Assembly: GCA_035264305.1 (NCBI GenBank)
Contig: DATFQL010000307.1
Location: 1-39,476 of the forward strand
Length of the DNA: 39,476 nucleotides
Reading direction: 5' to 3'
From: Candidatus Limnocylindrales bacterium
GTDB lineage: Bacteria > Chloroflexota > Limnocylindria > Limnocylindrales > CSP1-4
Positions 17,650 to 26,709 of this stretch are shown here, in pieces. Position 1 is the first letter of the stretch, and each line of letters opens with the position of its first letter. The notes under the pieces are model-generated. The model saw only the letters and a program-made list of their open reading frames with translations, was not told the DNA's origin and made no database searches. Made by a program: the position numbers and the translations under genes.

Positions 17650-18882
17650 ATGAGCATCGTCGACGCCGAGCACTACCTGTTCACCTCCGAGTCGGTCACC
17701 GAGGGCCACCCGGACAAGATGTGCGACCAGATCTCGGACGCCATCCTCGACGCGATCCTGCGCGAGGATCCCGAGGCGCGCGTCGCGTGCGAGACGGCGA
17801 CGACGACCGGGCTCGTGCTCGTCCTCGGCGAGATCTCGACCTCGACCTACGTCGACTTCCAGACAGTGGTCCGCGACACTGTCCGCGACATCGGCTACAC
17901 GAAGGCGGACTACGGGTACGACTACCTGACCTGCGGGACGCTCGTGTCGGTGAAGGAGCAGTCGAAGGACATCGCGATGGGGGTCGACGCCGCCCTCGAG
18001 GTGCGCTCGGATTCGGCGCCGGCGCACGAGCTCGGCGCCGGCGACCAGGGGATGATGTTCGGGTTCGCCTGCCGCGAGACGCCCGAGCTGATGCCGCTGC
18101 CGATCGCGCTCGCACACCGGATGGCCCGTCGCCTCGCCGAGGTGCGGAAGAGCGGCCAGCTCCCGTACCTCCGCCCCGACGGCAAGACCCAGGTGACGGT
18201 CGAATACGAGCGCGGCGTGCCGAAGCGCGTGCGGACGGTCGTCGTCTCGTCACAGCACGACCCTGACGCGCGCACCGAGCGGATCCGCAACGACATCGTC
18301 CAGGCCGTCATTCTCCCGGTGATCCCCGACGCGCTGCGCCCGGTCGACCCGGTGATGCACGTCAATCCCACGGGGCGCTTCGTCACCGGCGGCCCGATGG
18401 GCGACGCCGGGCTGACCGGCCGCAAGATCATCGTCGACTCGTACGGCGGCATGGCGCGGCACGGCGGTGGGGCGTTCAGCGGCAAGGACCCGACGAAGGT
18501 CGACCGGTCGGCCGCGTACGCGGCTCGCTGGGTCGCGAAGAACGTGGTCGCGGCAGGGCTCGCCGACCGGTTCGAGATCGAGGTCGCGTACGGGATCGGG
18601 ATCGCGCGCCCCATCTCGGTGTCGATCGAGACGTTCGGGACGGGCGTCGTCGATGACGCCCGCATCCAGCAGCTCGTCGAGCGGCACTTCGACCTCCGGC
18701 CGGCCTCGATCATCGAGGCCCTCGACCTGCGCCGGCCGATCTACCGCCAGACCGCGGCATACGGGCATTTCGGCCGCGCGGACCTCGACCTGCCGTGGGA
18801 ACGGACCGACAAGGCCGCCGCGCTCGCCGCTGATGCCGGGCTTCCCGAGCCGGACCTCGTCGAGGCGACCTCGGCGGCCTGA
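17650..18882 (+). CDS. metK: S-adenosylmethionine synthetase (methionine adenosyltransferase)
   Basis: 410 aa. [77 protein letters not shown] are near-consensus MetK motifs. Confidence 0.97.
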   Translation: MSIVDAEHYLFTSESVTEGHPDKMCDQISDAILDAILREDPEARVACETATTTGLVLVLGEISTSTYVDFQTVVRDTVRDIGYTKADYGYDYLTCGTLVSVKEQSKDIAMGVDAALEVRSDSAPAHELGAGDQGMMFGFACRETPELMPLPIALAHRMARRLAEVRKSGQLPYLRPDGKTQVTVEYERGVPKRVRTVVVSSQHDPDARTERIRNDIVQAVILPVIPDALRPVDPVMHVNPTGRFVTGGPMGDAGLTGRKIIVDSYGGMARHGGGAFSGKDPTKVDRSAAYAARWVAKNVVAAGLADRFEIEVAYGIGIARPISVSIETFGTGVVDDARIQQLVERHFDLRPASIIEALDLRRPIYRQTAAYGHFGRADLDLPWERTDKAAALAADAGLPEPDLVEATSAA

Positions 18883-18894
18883 CGCGCGGCGCCG

Positions 18895-20217
18895 TCACCC
18901 ACCGCCCGGCGCCGCCCGGCCCTGCGCGCCGACCGTCCCGCCGACGGTCGCGGGCGCGCGGAGCAGCCACAGGGCGGCGAGGCCGCACCCGACGTAGATC
19001 AGCGCCTGGACGTCGAGGATCGGCGCCACCCCGACGCGGTCCGCCAGCGCGCCGGCGACGAGCACGCCGACCGCCTGGAGCGCCCCGCTCGACGTCTCGT
19101 AGGCCGCGAACACCCGCCCCAGATGCGTGGGCGGGGCGAGTCGCTGGACGGCCGTCACCATCCCGACCGACGCGGCGACGCCGGGCAGGCCGACGAGCGC
19201 GAACAGCGCCGCATAGACCGGGACCGACGTCGTCACGAGCACGGCGTTCCAGATGACGAGGGACAGCAGGCCGAAGGCGATGAAGCCCCACCCGATCAGC
19301 GTTCGCGTTCCGATCCGCGCGGCGATCGCTCCGACCGCCAGCCCGGCAACGATCCCGCCCACAGCCTGCATGCCGCGGATGAGGCCCACGGCCCCGCCAT
19401 CGGCACCGAGCACCTCGAGCACGAACACGACGTAGAGGACAACGAAGATCCCCTGCGCGAGCTGGCCCGCCGCTCCGATGGCGACGAGGGCCGCGAGGCC
19501 ACGGACGCTCGCGATCATCCGCCAGCCGTTGAGCCAGTCACGCGCGAATCGGCCGGCCGCGGAGCTCGCCGGGACTCCGGCAACGTCCTGGTCGTGCGCG
19601 CCCGATGCCCCGCGGGAGCGGGCCGCCGCCGCCGGGATTGCCGCGACGAGCCCTGCGGCAACCAGGAACGTGACGGCGTCGGCCGCCACGACGCCGCCGA
19701 GACCGAGCAGCTGGATCGCGAGGCCCCCCACCGGCGCGCCGATCAGCCGGGCGAGGCTCCCCGCGAGCGCCGCAAGCCCGTTCGCGCTCGCGAGCTCCTC
19801 GCCGGGCACGAGGAGCGGCACGAGCGCCGCCGTCGCCGGCGCGCACAGCCTCGCCAGGCCGGATTGCGCGGCCGCGACGAGGTAGACGATCCACAGGCGG
19901 TCGGGATGGTCGACGGCGAGCAGCGGGACGAGGAGGACCGCCTGGAGGACGCTCGCCGTGACGAGGATCCGCCGCTTGTCCCAGCGGTCCACGAGGACGC
20001 CGCCGACCTGCCCCACGACGAGCGCGGGAACGAGCTCGGCGACGAACACGGTCGAGGTCGTGAGCGCCGAGCCGGTGAGCTGGAACACGAACACCGGGAG
20101 CCCGATGAGCAGCGTCCAGTCACCGAGGTCGCTCACGAGGCCGCCGGCCCAGAGGAGGGCGAAGCCCCGGCGCCGGAGCGGGGAGCGAGGGCGCGTCGGC
20201 GACGCCTCCAGCGTCAC
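18895..20217 (-). CDS. MFS transporter (EntS/MFS_3-like)
   Basis: From (V)TLEASPTRPRSPLRRRGFALLWAGGLVSDLGDWTLLIGLPVFVFQLTGS the product has 12 predicted TM segments. VLVDRWDKRRIL is the typical loop 2-3 motif of this subfamily. The GTG at 20217 overlaps the ArsR stop (GTGA). Confidence 0.8.
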   Translation of the reverse strand: MTLEASPTRPRSPLRRRGFALLWAGGLVSDLGDWTLLIGLPVFVFQLTGSALTTSTVFVAELVPALVVGQVGGVLVDRWDKRRILVTASVLQAVLLVPLLAVDHPDRLWIVYLVAAAQSGLARLCAPATAALVPLLVPGEELASANGLAALAGSLARLIGAPVGGLAIQLLGLGGVVAADAVTFLVAAGLVAAIPAAAARSRGASGAHDQDVAGVPASSAAGRFARDWLNGWRMIASVRGLAALVAIGAAGQLAQGIFVVLYVVFVLEVLGADGGAVGLIRGMQAVGGIVAGLAVGAIAARIGTRTLIGWGFIAFGLLSLVIWNAVLVTTSVPVYAALFALVGLPGVAASVGMVTAVQRLAPPTHLGRVFAAYETSSGALQAVGVLVAGALADRVGVAPILDVQALIYVGCGLAALWLLRAPATVGGTVGAQGRAAPGGG

Positions 20218-20795
20218 GGGAGCGGGTGCCGGAACGCCGTGAGCGAGACGTGGACCGGTTGCGCATCGGCCGGCGCATCGTGGCGGGTCAGCCCGATGTA
20301 CGGGCGGATCAGGCTGTCGATCGCGGTGCCGAGCGCGACGAGCTCGTCGGCGGTCAGGCGAAGGCCGTACGTCTGGCCGAGGATCGCGTCCCGCCACCGC
20401 TCGTCCAGCACGTCCATCCGGTCGATCGCGGCATGGGCGATGCGGGCCTCCTCGTCGACCCCCGCGTGCTGCAGTCGTCGGTTGGCATCAGCTGCGACGG
20501 GATCGGCCCCGGTGTCGTCGCCGGCCCGGAACTCCCAGCCCGTCGCGGTCGAGCGCCACGGCCGTTCACGCCCATCGGCCGGGGCATCGTCGACCCGCTC
20601 CACCAGCCCGAACCGGGCGAGCTCCCGGAGGTGATAGCTGCAGTTGGACGGTGTCTCCCCGACGACCGCTGCGCACTCGCTCGCGGTCTGCGGCCCGACG
20701 GCCATGAGGTGGCCGAGGATGCGGTATCGCACGGGATGGGCGAGTGTCCGGAGCGCGTCGATGTCGCTGACGCGCCGCCGGTCCGCTGCTGCCAT
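20214..20795 (-). CDS. ArsR-family winged-helix transcriptional regulator
   Basis: ALRTLAHPVRYRILGHLMAVGPQTASECAAVVGETPSNCSYHLRELARFGLVE is the ArsR/SmtB HTH_20 signature. GGGAGA lies upstream of the ATG. The gene is coupled to the downstream MFS gene. Confidence 0.85.
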   Translation of the reverse strand: MAAADRRRVSDIDALRTLAHPVRYRILGHLMAVGPQTASECAAVVGETPSNCSYHLRELARFGLVERVDDAPADGRERPWRSTATGWEFRAGDDTGADPVAADANRRLQHAGVDEEARIAHAAIDRMDVLDERWRDAILGQTYGLRLTADELVALGTAIDSLIRPYIGLTRHDAPADAQPVHVSLTAFRHPLP

Positions 20796-20814
20796 CGTCG
20801 TCTCCCGCCAATGC

Positions 20815-20858
20815 CTGAAGGATTGCCTTCAGTGTACGTGGCCGAGGCGAGATGTCAA
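20815..20858 (-). promoter_or_regulatory. predicted sigma70-type promoter (TTGACA-N16-TACACT) with an overlapping 7-4-7 palindrome (candidate ArsR operator)
   Basis: On the minus strand, TTGACA is at 20858-20853 and TACACT at 20836-20831. The perfect inverted repeat CTGAAGG-ATTG-CCTTCAG at 20815-20832 overlaps the -10, and sits 20-40 nt upstream of the arsR-like ATG (20795). Confidence 0.5.
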
Positions 20859-20965
20859 GGCGAGCCTTCATGGTTCTGTGGGCACGGCCCCCGAGTCGCA
20901 CGTAGGGCACGTTGGTCGCCGCGAGGGTCTCGTCGCCGTCACTCGGAGTCGCCGGACGCGAAGCG

Positions 20966-21904
20966 CTACCCGTTCGTCTCCGCGATCATCCCGGCCATGC
21001 CGCCCGCCTGACGGCCTCCCGACCGACGGGCGTTCCGGGTCAGCGCGGCCTGGCCGAGGGCGAGCATCGCGAGCGTGAACACGAGCATCATCGTGGCGAC
21101 GGCGTTGGTCTCCGGGCTCACGCCGCGCTTCACCTGGCCGAAGATGAAGATCGGCAGCGTGGACGAGCCGGGACCCGACACGAACGACGTGATGACGTAG
21201 TCGTCGAACGAGAACGTGAATGCGAGGAGGAACCCGGCGACGATCGCGGGCAGCAGCTGGGGGAGCGTGATCTGCCGGAACGTCCGCCACGGCGACGCAT
21301 ACAGGTCGTACGAGGCCTCGACCATCGTGCGGTCCATCCCGGACAGCCGCGCGCGGACCAGCAGCAGCACGATCGAGATGTTGAACAGCATGTGGGCGGC
21401 GATGATCGTCGGGATGCCCAGCTGGATGCGTGTCCCGAGGGTGTCGTTGATGAACGAGAACGAGGACGCGAACAGGACGAGCGTCGACAGCGCGATGACG
21501 ATCTCGGGGACGATGATCGAGATGTAGGTCAGGGCGTCGAACGTCGTCCGCAGCTTGCGACCGACCCGCTGCAGGCCGAGCGCCGCCATCGTCCCGAACG
21601 CGGTCGCGAGGACCGCGTTGGGCAGGGCGACCGAGAAGCTGTTGAGGAGCGCAGCCTGGACAACCTCGTCACCAAGCGCGGTCGTGTACCACTCGAGCGA
21701 GAAGCCCGTCCAGATCGTCGCCAGCCGGTTGGCGTTGAAGCTGAACAGCACGACGATCACGATCGGCAGGTACAGGAACGCGTAGACGATCGCGGTGTGG
21801 GCGCGGAGCCACAGCTCGATCACGCCACCCCACCGGTCGACCCCGGCCTTCGTCCCCCGCCCCAGCGTTGCCGGTCCGGCGACGGGGACGGCAGGCGCGC
21901 TCAC
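20966..21904 (-). CDS. polyamine (spermidine/putrescine)-type ABC transporter permease, PotC-like
   Basis: 312 aa with 6 TM segments. The EAA-loop region EASYDLYASPWRTFRQITLPQLLPAIVAG is typical of PotC/BPD_transp_1. Confidence 0.85.
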   Translation of the reverse strand: MSAPAVPVAGPATLGRGTKAGVDRWGGVIELWLRAHTAIVYAFLYLPIVIVVLFSFNANRLATIWTGFSLEWYTTALGDEVVQAALLNSFSVALPNAVLATAFGTMAALGLQRVGRKLRTTFDALTYISIIVPEIVIALSTLVLFASSFSFINDTLGTRIQLGIPTIIAAHMLFNISIVLLLVRARLSGMDRTMVEASYDLYASPWRTFRQITLPQLLPAIVAGFLLAFTFSFDDYVITSFVSGPGSSTLPIFIFGQVKRGVSPETNAVATMMLVFTLAMLALGQAALTRNARRSGGRQAGGMAGMIAETNG

Positions 21905-21938
21905 GAGGGCACGCTCACGAGGGGAGCGGCGCGCGGGC

Positions 21939-22847
21939 TCACAGGACGCTCACCTCGCGGCCGTGCCGGCCGCGGTTCACGAACCACACGTAGAACGTGA
22001 TCGTGATCAGCATCACGAGGATCAGCAGCACGGCCATCGCGGACCCGAACGGCCAGTTGCGCGTCTGGATGAACGCGTCCACGAGCGCGTTGCCCACGAG
22101 GAACGTCCGGCCGTAGCCCAGGATCTGGGGGATGACGTACTCGCCCATCATCGGGATGAACACGAGGATCGAGCCGGTGATGAGCCCGGGAAGCGCGATC
22201 GGCAGGGTGATCTGGCGGAACGTCGCCCATCGCCCGGCGCCGAGGTCCTTCGATGCCTCGACCAGCGTCCGGTCCATGCGCTCCAGCGTGACGTACAGCG
22301 GGAACACCATCAGCGGCAGGTACCCGTAGACGAGGCCGACGAGGACCGCCGCCGGGGTGCCGAGGATGCGGAAGTCGGCATCACCGATGAGGCTGCCGAT
22401 GAACCCGCCGACGTTCTCGCGGCCGAGCACGATGAGCCAGGCGTAGGTGCGGATGAGGAAGCTCGTCCAGAACGGGATGACGAGCAGCAGGATGAACAGG
22501 CCCTTGTGGCGCGTCGCCCGGGTCGCGATGAAGTAGGCGAGCGGGAGGCCGACGAGCAGGCACCCGATCGTCCCGGCGACCGCCATCCAGAGCGACGTGA
22601 AGAACGGCTCCATCCGCTGGGTCTGCGTCAGCAGGCGGACGTAGTTGTCGAACGTGAACGCGGCCTCGTAGCCGCCGTTCTTCGCCCGGTTTCCGAAGCT
22701 GAAGATCGTGACGATGATGAGCGGCGCCACCAGCAGCAGGACGTACCACAGGCCCGCCGGGAAGATCAGGGCCGTCGTCAGGAGCGCGGACGAGCCGCGC
22801 CCCCGGATGCCCTTCGCCTCCTCGGGAGTCTGGACGGCAGTTGCCAC
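21939..22847 (-). CDS. polyamine-type ABC transporter permease, PotB-like
   Basis: 302 aa with 6 TM segments. EAA loop: EASKDLGAGRWATFRQITLPIALPGLITG. Confidence 0.85.
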   Translation of the reverse strand: MATAVQTPEEAKGIRGRGSSALLTTALIFPAGLWYVLLLVAPLIIVTIFSFGNRAKNGGYEAAFTFDNYVRLLTQTQRMEPFFTSLWMAVAGTIGCLLVGLPLAYFIATRATRHKGLFILLLVIPFWTSFLIRTYAWLIVLGRENVGGFIGSLIGDADFRILGTPAAVLVGLVYGYLPLMVFPLYVTLERMDRTLVEASKDLGAGRWATFRQITLPIALPGLITGSILVFIPMMGEYVIPQILGYGRTFLVGNALVDAFIQTRNWPFGSAMAVLLILVMLITITFYVWFVNRGRHGREVSVL

Positions 22848-22885
22848 GTCAGGCGCCGCTCATCGCTTGGGCCAGTGGAACGGCG

Positions 22886-24094
22886 TCAGCCGCCGATCGC
22901 CGACTTGAACTCCTGCCAGATGTCGATCCGCTGCTCGTTGCTCGAGGTGTCGACGGCGCCCTCGAGGTTGGCCATCGCGTCCTCGGGCGGGAAGAAGACC
23001 GGGTCGTTGAGGATCTCGGGATCGATGAACTTCTTGGCCTCGTCGTTCGGGGTCCCGTAGCCGTTGAAGTTCGTCTCCTCGGCCTGGACCTCCGGCTCGT
23101 GGATGAAGTTCAGGAATGCGTACGCCGCATTCGGGTTCGGCGCGTCGTTCAGCATCACCCACGTGTCGAGCCAGAACAGCGTGCCGTCGGTCGGGACGCT
23201 GTACGCGATGTCCGCCGTGTCCGGGTTCTCCCGGAGCTCGACGATCGGGCCGGTCCAGCCGAGGCACAGGACGGCCTCCTCGCTGGCGAGCTTGTCCTGG
23301 TACGTGTCGGAGTCGAGCGCCAGGATGTGCGGGGCCAGCTTGAGCAAAATGTCGCGCGCGGCATCGAGGTCCGCCGGCTCGACCGAGTTGATCGACTTGC
23401 CGAGCATCTTGAGCGGCATCACGAAGATGTCGCCCATCGAGTCCACGAACACGGTCTTCCCGGAGTACTTCCCGACGATCAGGTCGTAGAACTCCTGCCA
23501 GGTCGTCACCGGCTCCTTGACGACCTTGCTCCGGTAGAGGATGCCGGTCGTCCCGAAGTCCTTCGGCAGCTGGTACTCGTCGTTGGGGTCCCACGCGAGG
23601 CCCTTGAACGCCGCGTTGATGTACTTCTGGTTCGGGATCCGCGACCAGTCGAGCTTCTGGATGTAGCCACCCTCGACCATCGACGGCACGTACTCGGCGG
23701 TCGGGGCCGCGATGTCGTAGCCCGACGCGCCGGCCTGGAGCTTTGCGAGCAGCTCCTCGTTGTTGGCGTAGGTGTCGTACTGGAACTTCTCGACGCCGAA
23801 CTTGGCCTTGAACGCGTCGATGTTCTTCGGGCTGGTGTAGTCGGACCAGTTGTACATGAACAGCTGCTTCTCGACGTCCCCGGCTGGAGCCGCAGAGGCG
23901 TCCGTGCCTGCGCTGGCACCGGCGCTGGCCGCGCCGCTCGCCGCCGGCGCGGTCGTCGCGCCGCCCGTGGAGCCGGTGCTGCACGCAGCCAGTGCCGCGC
24001 TGCCGCCGAGCAGCCCGGCGGCCGCGAGGAAGCTCCGCCGCGGGACCTTCGTGTCCGCCGCGCGGCGCAGGATGTCGTCCAGGTTGTCCGCCAT
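22886..24094 (-). CDS. polyamine ABC transporter substrate-binding lipoprotein, PotD/PotF-like, with a Tat-type signal
   Basis: ATG at 24094 is preceded by GGAGGAGGAG. RRSFLAAAGLLGGSAALAAC combines a twin-arginine motif with a lipobox Cys. The body (FMYNWSDYTSP, GYDIAAPT, LPKDFGTTGILY) matches PotD/PotF. Confidence 0.85.
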   Translation of the reverse strand: MADNLDDILRRAADTKVPRRSFLAAAGLLGGSAALAACSTGSTGGATTAPAASGAASAGASAGTDASAAPAGDVEKQLFMYNWSDYTSPKNIDAFKAKFGVEKFQYDTYANNEELLAKLQAGASGYDIAAPTAEYVPSMVEGGYIQKLDWSRIPNQKYINAAFKGLAWDPNDEYQLPKDFGTTGILYRSKVVKEPVTTWQEFYDLIVGKYSGKTVFVDSMGDIFVMPLKMLGKSINSVEPADLDAARDILLKLAPHILALDSDTYQDKLASEEAVLCLGWTGPIVELRENPDTADIAYSVPTDGTLFWLDTWVMLNDAPNPNAAYAFLNFIHEPEVQAEETNFNGYGTPNDEAKKFIDPEILNDPVFFPPEDAMANLEGAVDTSSNEQRIDIWQEFKSAIGG

Positions 24095-24152
24095 GGTCTC
24101 CTCCTCCAGGATCAGGCGGTGCGGCCGCTCGTGCCGCACCCGTGCGGGTTCG

Positions 24153-25424
24153 TCAGGCGACGAGGATCAGGTTGGCCGAATCCTCCCAGCGGATGACGAC
24201 GGGATCACCCGGGCCGAGGCCCGAGACGCCCCCGGCGCCTGTTGCGTTCTGGCGTCGCGCGACGACCTCGCCGGCGACGTCGGTAGTGATCCGGAACTCC
24301 GTCTGGTCGCCGAGGTACGTTCCCTGATGGATCCGTCCCTCGATGCGCGTCCAGCCGGCGCCCCCCGGATCAACGCTCCCGGCGGGGTCGACGCGCAGCC
24401 GCTCGGGTCGCACGGCGACCACGACCTGCTCGCCGGCCGCCGGCCGGGCGTCGGGATCCGTCACCACCCCCGTCAGGCGGAGTCCCGTATCCGACTCCAC
24501 GACCGCCCGCCCGCTCGCCGGCTCGTGCTCCATGAGCCGGCCGGTGATCGGATTCGAGACGCCGATGAAGTTGGCCACGAATCGGTTGACCGGTCGCTCG
24601 TAGAGCTCGGTCGGCTTGCCCTGCTGCTGGATTCGGCCGTGCTGCATGACGACGATCACGTCGCTCATCGTCAGGGCCTCTTCCTGGTCGTGGGTGACGT
24701 ACACGAACGTGATCCCCACCTCGCGCTGGAGCTGCTTGAGCTCGAGCTGCATCTCCTTGCGCAGCTTGAGGTCGAGCGCGCCCAGCGGCTCATCGAGGAG
24801 GAGCACGGTCGGATGGTTGATGAGCGCCCGCGCGAGGGCGACGCGCTGCTGCTGCCCGCCCGACAGCTCCCACGTCCGCCGGGTGGCGTACCCGGAGAGG
24901 CGCACGAGCTCGAGGGCCTCCCCGACGCGGTGCCCCTCGTCGTGCTTGCTGATCCCCTTCTGGCGCAGTCCGTACCCGACGTTCTGGGCGACGTTCATGT
25001 GCGGAAACAGCGCGTAGTGCTGGAACACGGTGTTCACGTGGCGTCGATACGGGGGCACGCCCGCGACCGGCTCGCCCGCGAGGTAGATCTCGCCGGACGT
25101 CGGCTGCTCGAAGCCCGCGATCATCCGCAGGGTCGTGGTCTTGCCGCAGCCCGATGGACCGAGGAACGAGTAGAACGAGCCCCGCGCGACGAGGAGGTCC
25201 ATGTTGTCGACAGCCACGACATCGCCGAACCGCTTGGTGACGGCGTTGATGTGGACGTCGGCGACGTCCGACCCGACCGCATGGGTCGCGGCATGATCCC
25301 GCAGCCCCTCGGCGGTGATCGCCGGCCCCGCGATCTCGTGGTCGTGGCGGTGCGCGTCGTGGGCGCTCTCCGGCGTCGCGGACGTGGTCAAGCGGACAAC
25401 CCTCGACTCCTGGCGGCGGGACAT
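24153..25424 (-). CDS. polyamine-type ABC transporter ATP-binding protein, PotA-like, with a His-rich N-terminal extension
   Basis: Walker A GPSGCGKTT, signature LSGGQQQRVALARAL, Walker B LLLDEPLGALD, and a C-terminal TOBE-like domain. About 55 extra N-terminal residues are present (SAHDAHRHDHE...HAATHAV). Confidence 0.85.
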   Translation of the reverse strand: MSRRQESRVVRLTTSATPESAHDAHRHDHEIAGPAITAEGLRDHAATHAVGSDVADVHINAVTKRFGDVVAVDNMDLLVARGSFYSFLGPSGCGKTTTLRMIAGFEQPTSGEIYLAGEPVAGVPPYRRHVNTVFQHYALFPHMNVAQNVGYGLRQKGISKHDEGHRVGEALELVRLSGYATRRTWELSGGQQQRVALARALINHPTVLLLDEPLGALDLKLRKEMQLELKQLQREVGITFVYVTHDQEEALTMSDVIVVMQHGRIQQQGKPTELYERPVNRFVANFIGVSNPITGRLMEHEPASGRAVVESDTGLRLTGVVTDPDARPAAGEQVVVAVRPERLRVDPAGSVDPGGAGWTRIEGRIHQGTYLGDQTEFRITTDVAGEVVARRQNATGAGGVSGLGPGDPVVIRWEDSANLILVA

Positions 25425-25476
25425 CGCCCGTGCCCCGCGGTTCGCGGATCGTACGGACCCCGAGCCCGCGCGTCAA

Positions 25477-25523
25477 CGCGGTTTCAAGTTGCGAGGGTGC
25501 GAATCTCGCAACGCGGAACCGCG
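25477..25523. repeat. 47-nt imperfect inverted repeat in the divergent potA/manC intergenic region
   Basis: CGCGGTT-tcaa-GTTGCGAG-ggtgcgaat-CTCGCAAC-gcgg-AACCGCG. The two arms of 7 and 8 bp are perfectly complementary and are separated by a 4x4 internal loop. Confidence 0.6.
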
Positions 25524-25608
25524 CCCGCCGCGAATCGCGTCGATCCTGCCGACCTCAATGCCGCATTCCGGTCTGAGGCGAGGTGCCCGGCCGGACGCAT
25601 GGCGACCC

Positions 25609-25614
25609 TAGAAT
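25609..25614 (+). promoter_or_regulatory. candidate -10 element (TAGAAT) placing the manC transcript start at or next to the ATG (leaderless)
   Basis: TAGAAT at 25609-25614 is followed by 6 nt (gtcgcg) and then the ATG at 25621. There is no purine-rich RBS between them. Confidence 0.45.
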
Positions 25615-25620
25615 GTCGCG

Positions 25621-26709
25621 ATGTACGTCGTGATCATGGCGGGAGGCGGGGGCACCCGGCTGTGGCCGCTCTCGCGGCCCGACCGTCCGAAGCCGTTCAT
25701 CCCGCTGCTCGGCGAGGAGACGCTGCTCCAGGCGACGGTGCGCCGGCTGCTCGACGGGCCCGAGCTCGACGGGCTGCGGCGATCCGACATCGCCGTCGTC
25801 ACCGACCGGCGGTACGGGTCCCTCGTGCGGGAGCAGCTCGGCGGCGTGCGGATCGTGACGGAGCCCCACGGACGAAATACCGCGGCCGCCATCGGCCTCG
25901 CGACCCTCACGATCGATCGGGACGACGACGACGTCATGGTCGTGCTGCCCGCCGACCACCTGATCGATGCCGCTCGCGAAGGCATGTTCCGCGGCGTCCT
26001 GCGCGCCGCCGCGGACCGCCTCGCCGGCGCGGCGCCGTTCGGGGTGGAGGACCCCCTCGTCACCCTGGGCGTCCAGCCGACCCACGCCGCCACCGAGTAC
26101 GGCTACCTCGTGCCGCGGTACGAGGACGGGGAGGAGATCGACGGGCTCCAGGTCTACCCGCTGCGCGCCTTCGAGGAGAAGCCGATCGCGACCAGGGCCC
26201 GCGAGCTGTTCACATCGGGTGGCGTCGCGTGGAACGCCGGCATGTTCCTGTGGCGGCGCCGCGCGATCCGTGCCGCCCTCGAGAAATACACGTCGCTGGG
26301 GATGATCCTCGGGCAGGGGCTCCGCTCGGAGGTCGCAATGAAGGCGGCGTACGACCGGATCCAGCCGTTGTCGATCGACTATGCCGTGATGGAGGGAGCC
26401 GCGCGGGATCACCGGGTCGTCATGGCGAGCCTCGACGTGGGCTGGAGCGATCTCGGCGGGTGGCCCGCGCTGCTCGGCGCGCTCGGATGGTCCGTCGAGG
26501 GTGGCGTCGTGAGCCCCGGGCAGGACACGGAGACGAGCGAGGGCGACCTCGTGGTGGAGCGGACCGCGGACGGGCTCGTCGTCCGGCCCCTGCCCGGCGG
26601 TACGATGAGGCCCGAGCGCCCGGTCGCGCTGCTGCGGGGGGCTGCCGACGCACTGCCGATCGTCCAGGACCTCCTGGACCGGTGCGCCGCAGCGGAGGCT
26701 CGCCGGTGA
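25621..26709 (+). CDS. manC: mannose-1-phosphate guanylyltransferase (NTP-transferase domain)
   Basis: MYVVIMAGGGGTRLWPLSRPDRPKPFIPLLGEETLLQATVRRL is the canonical ManC/CpsB N-terminus. GYLVP, FEEKP, WNAGMFLW and IDYAVME are also present. Confidence 0.9.
   Translation: MYVVIMAGGGGTRLWPLSRPDRPKPFIPLLGEETLLQATVRRLLDGPELDGLRRSDIAVVTDRRYGSLVREQLGGVRIVTEPHGRNTAAAIGLATLTIDRDDDDVMVVLPADHLIDAAREGMFRGVLRAAADRLAGAAPFGVEDPLVTLGVQPTHAATEYGYLVPRYEDGEEIDGLQVYPLRAFEEKPIATRARELFTSGGVAWNAGMFLWRRRAIRAALEKYTSLGMILGQGLRSEVAMKAAYDRIQPLSIDYAVMEGAARDHRVVMASLDVGWSDLGGWPALLGALGWSVEGGVVSPGQDTETSEGDLVVERTADGLVVRPLPGGTMRPERPVALLRGAADALPIVQDLLDRCAAAEARR

Noticed and set aside
18883-18894. Only 12 nt separate the convergent stops of metK and the MFS gene, with no room for a terminator
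   Set aside because: This is noted as a compact-genome feature only. There is no structure or motif to interpret, and termination may occur inside the opposing gene.
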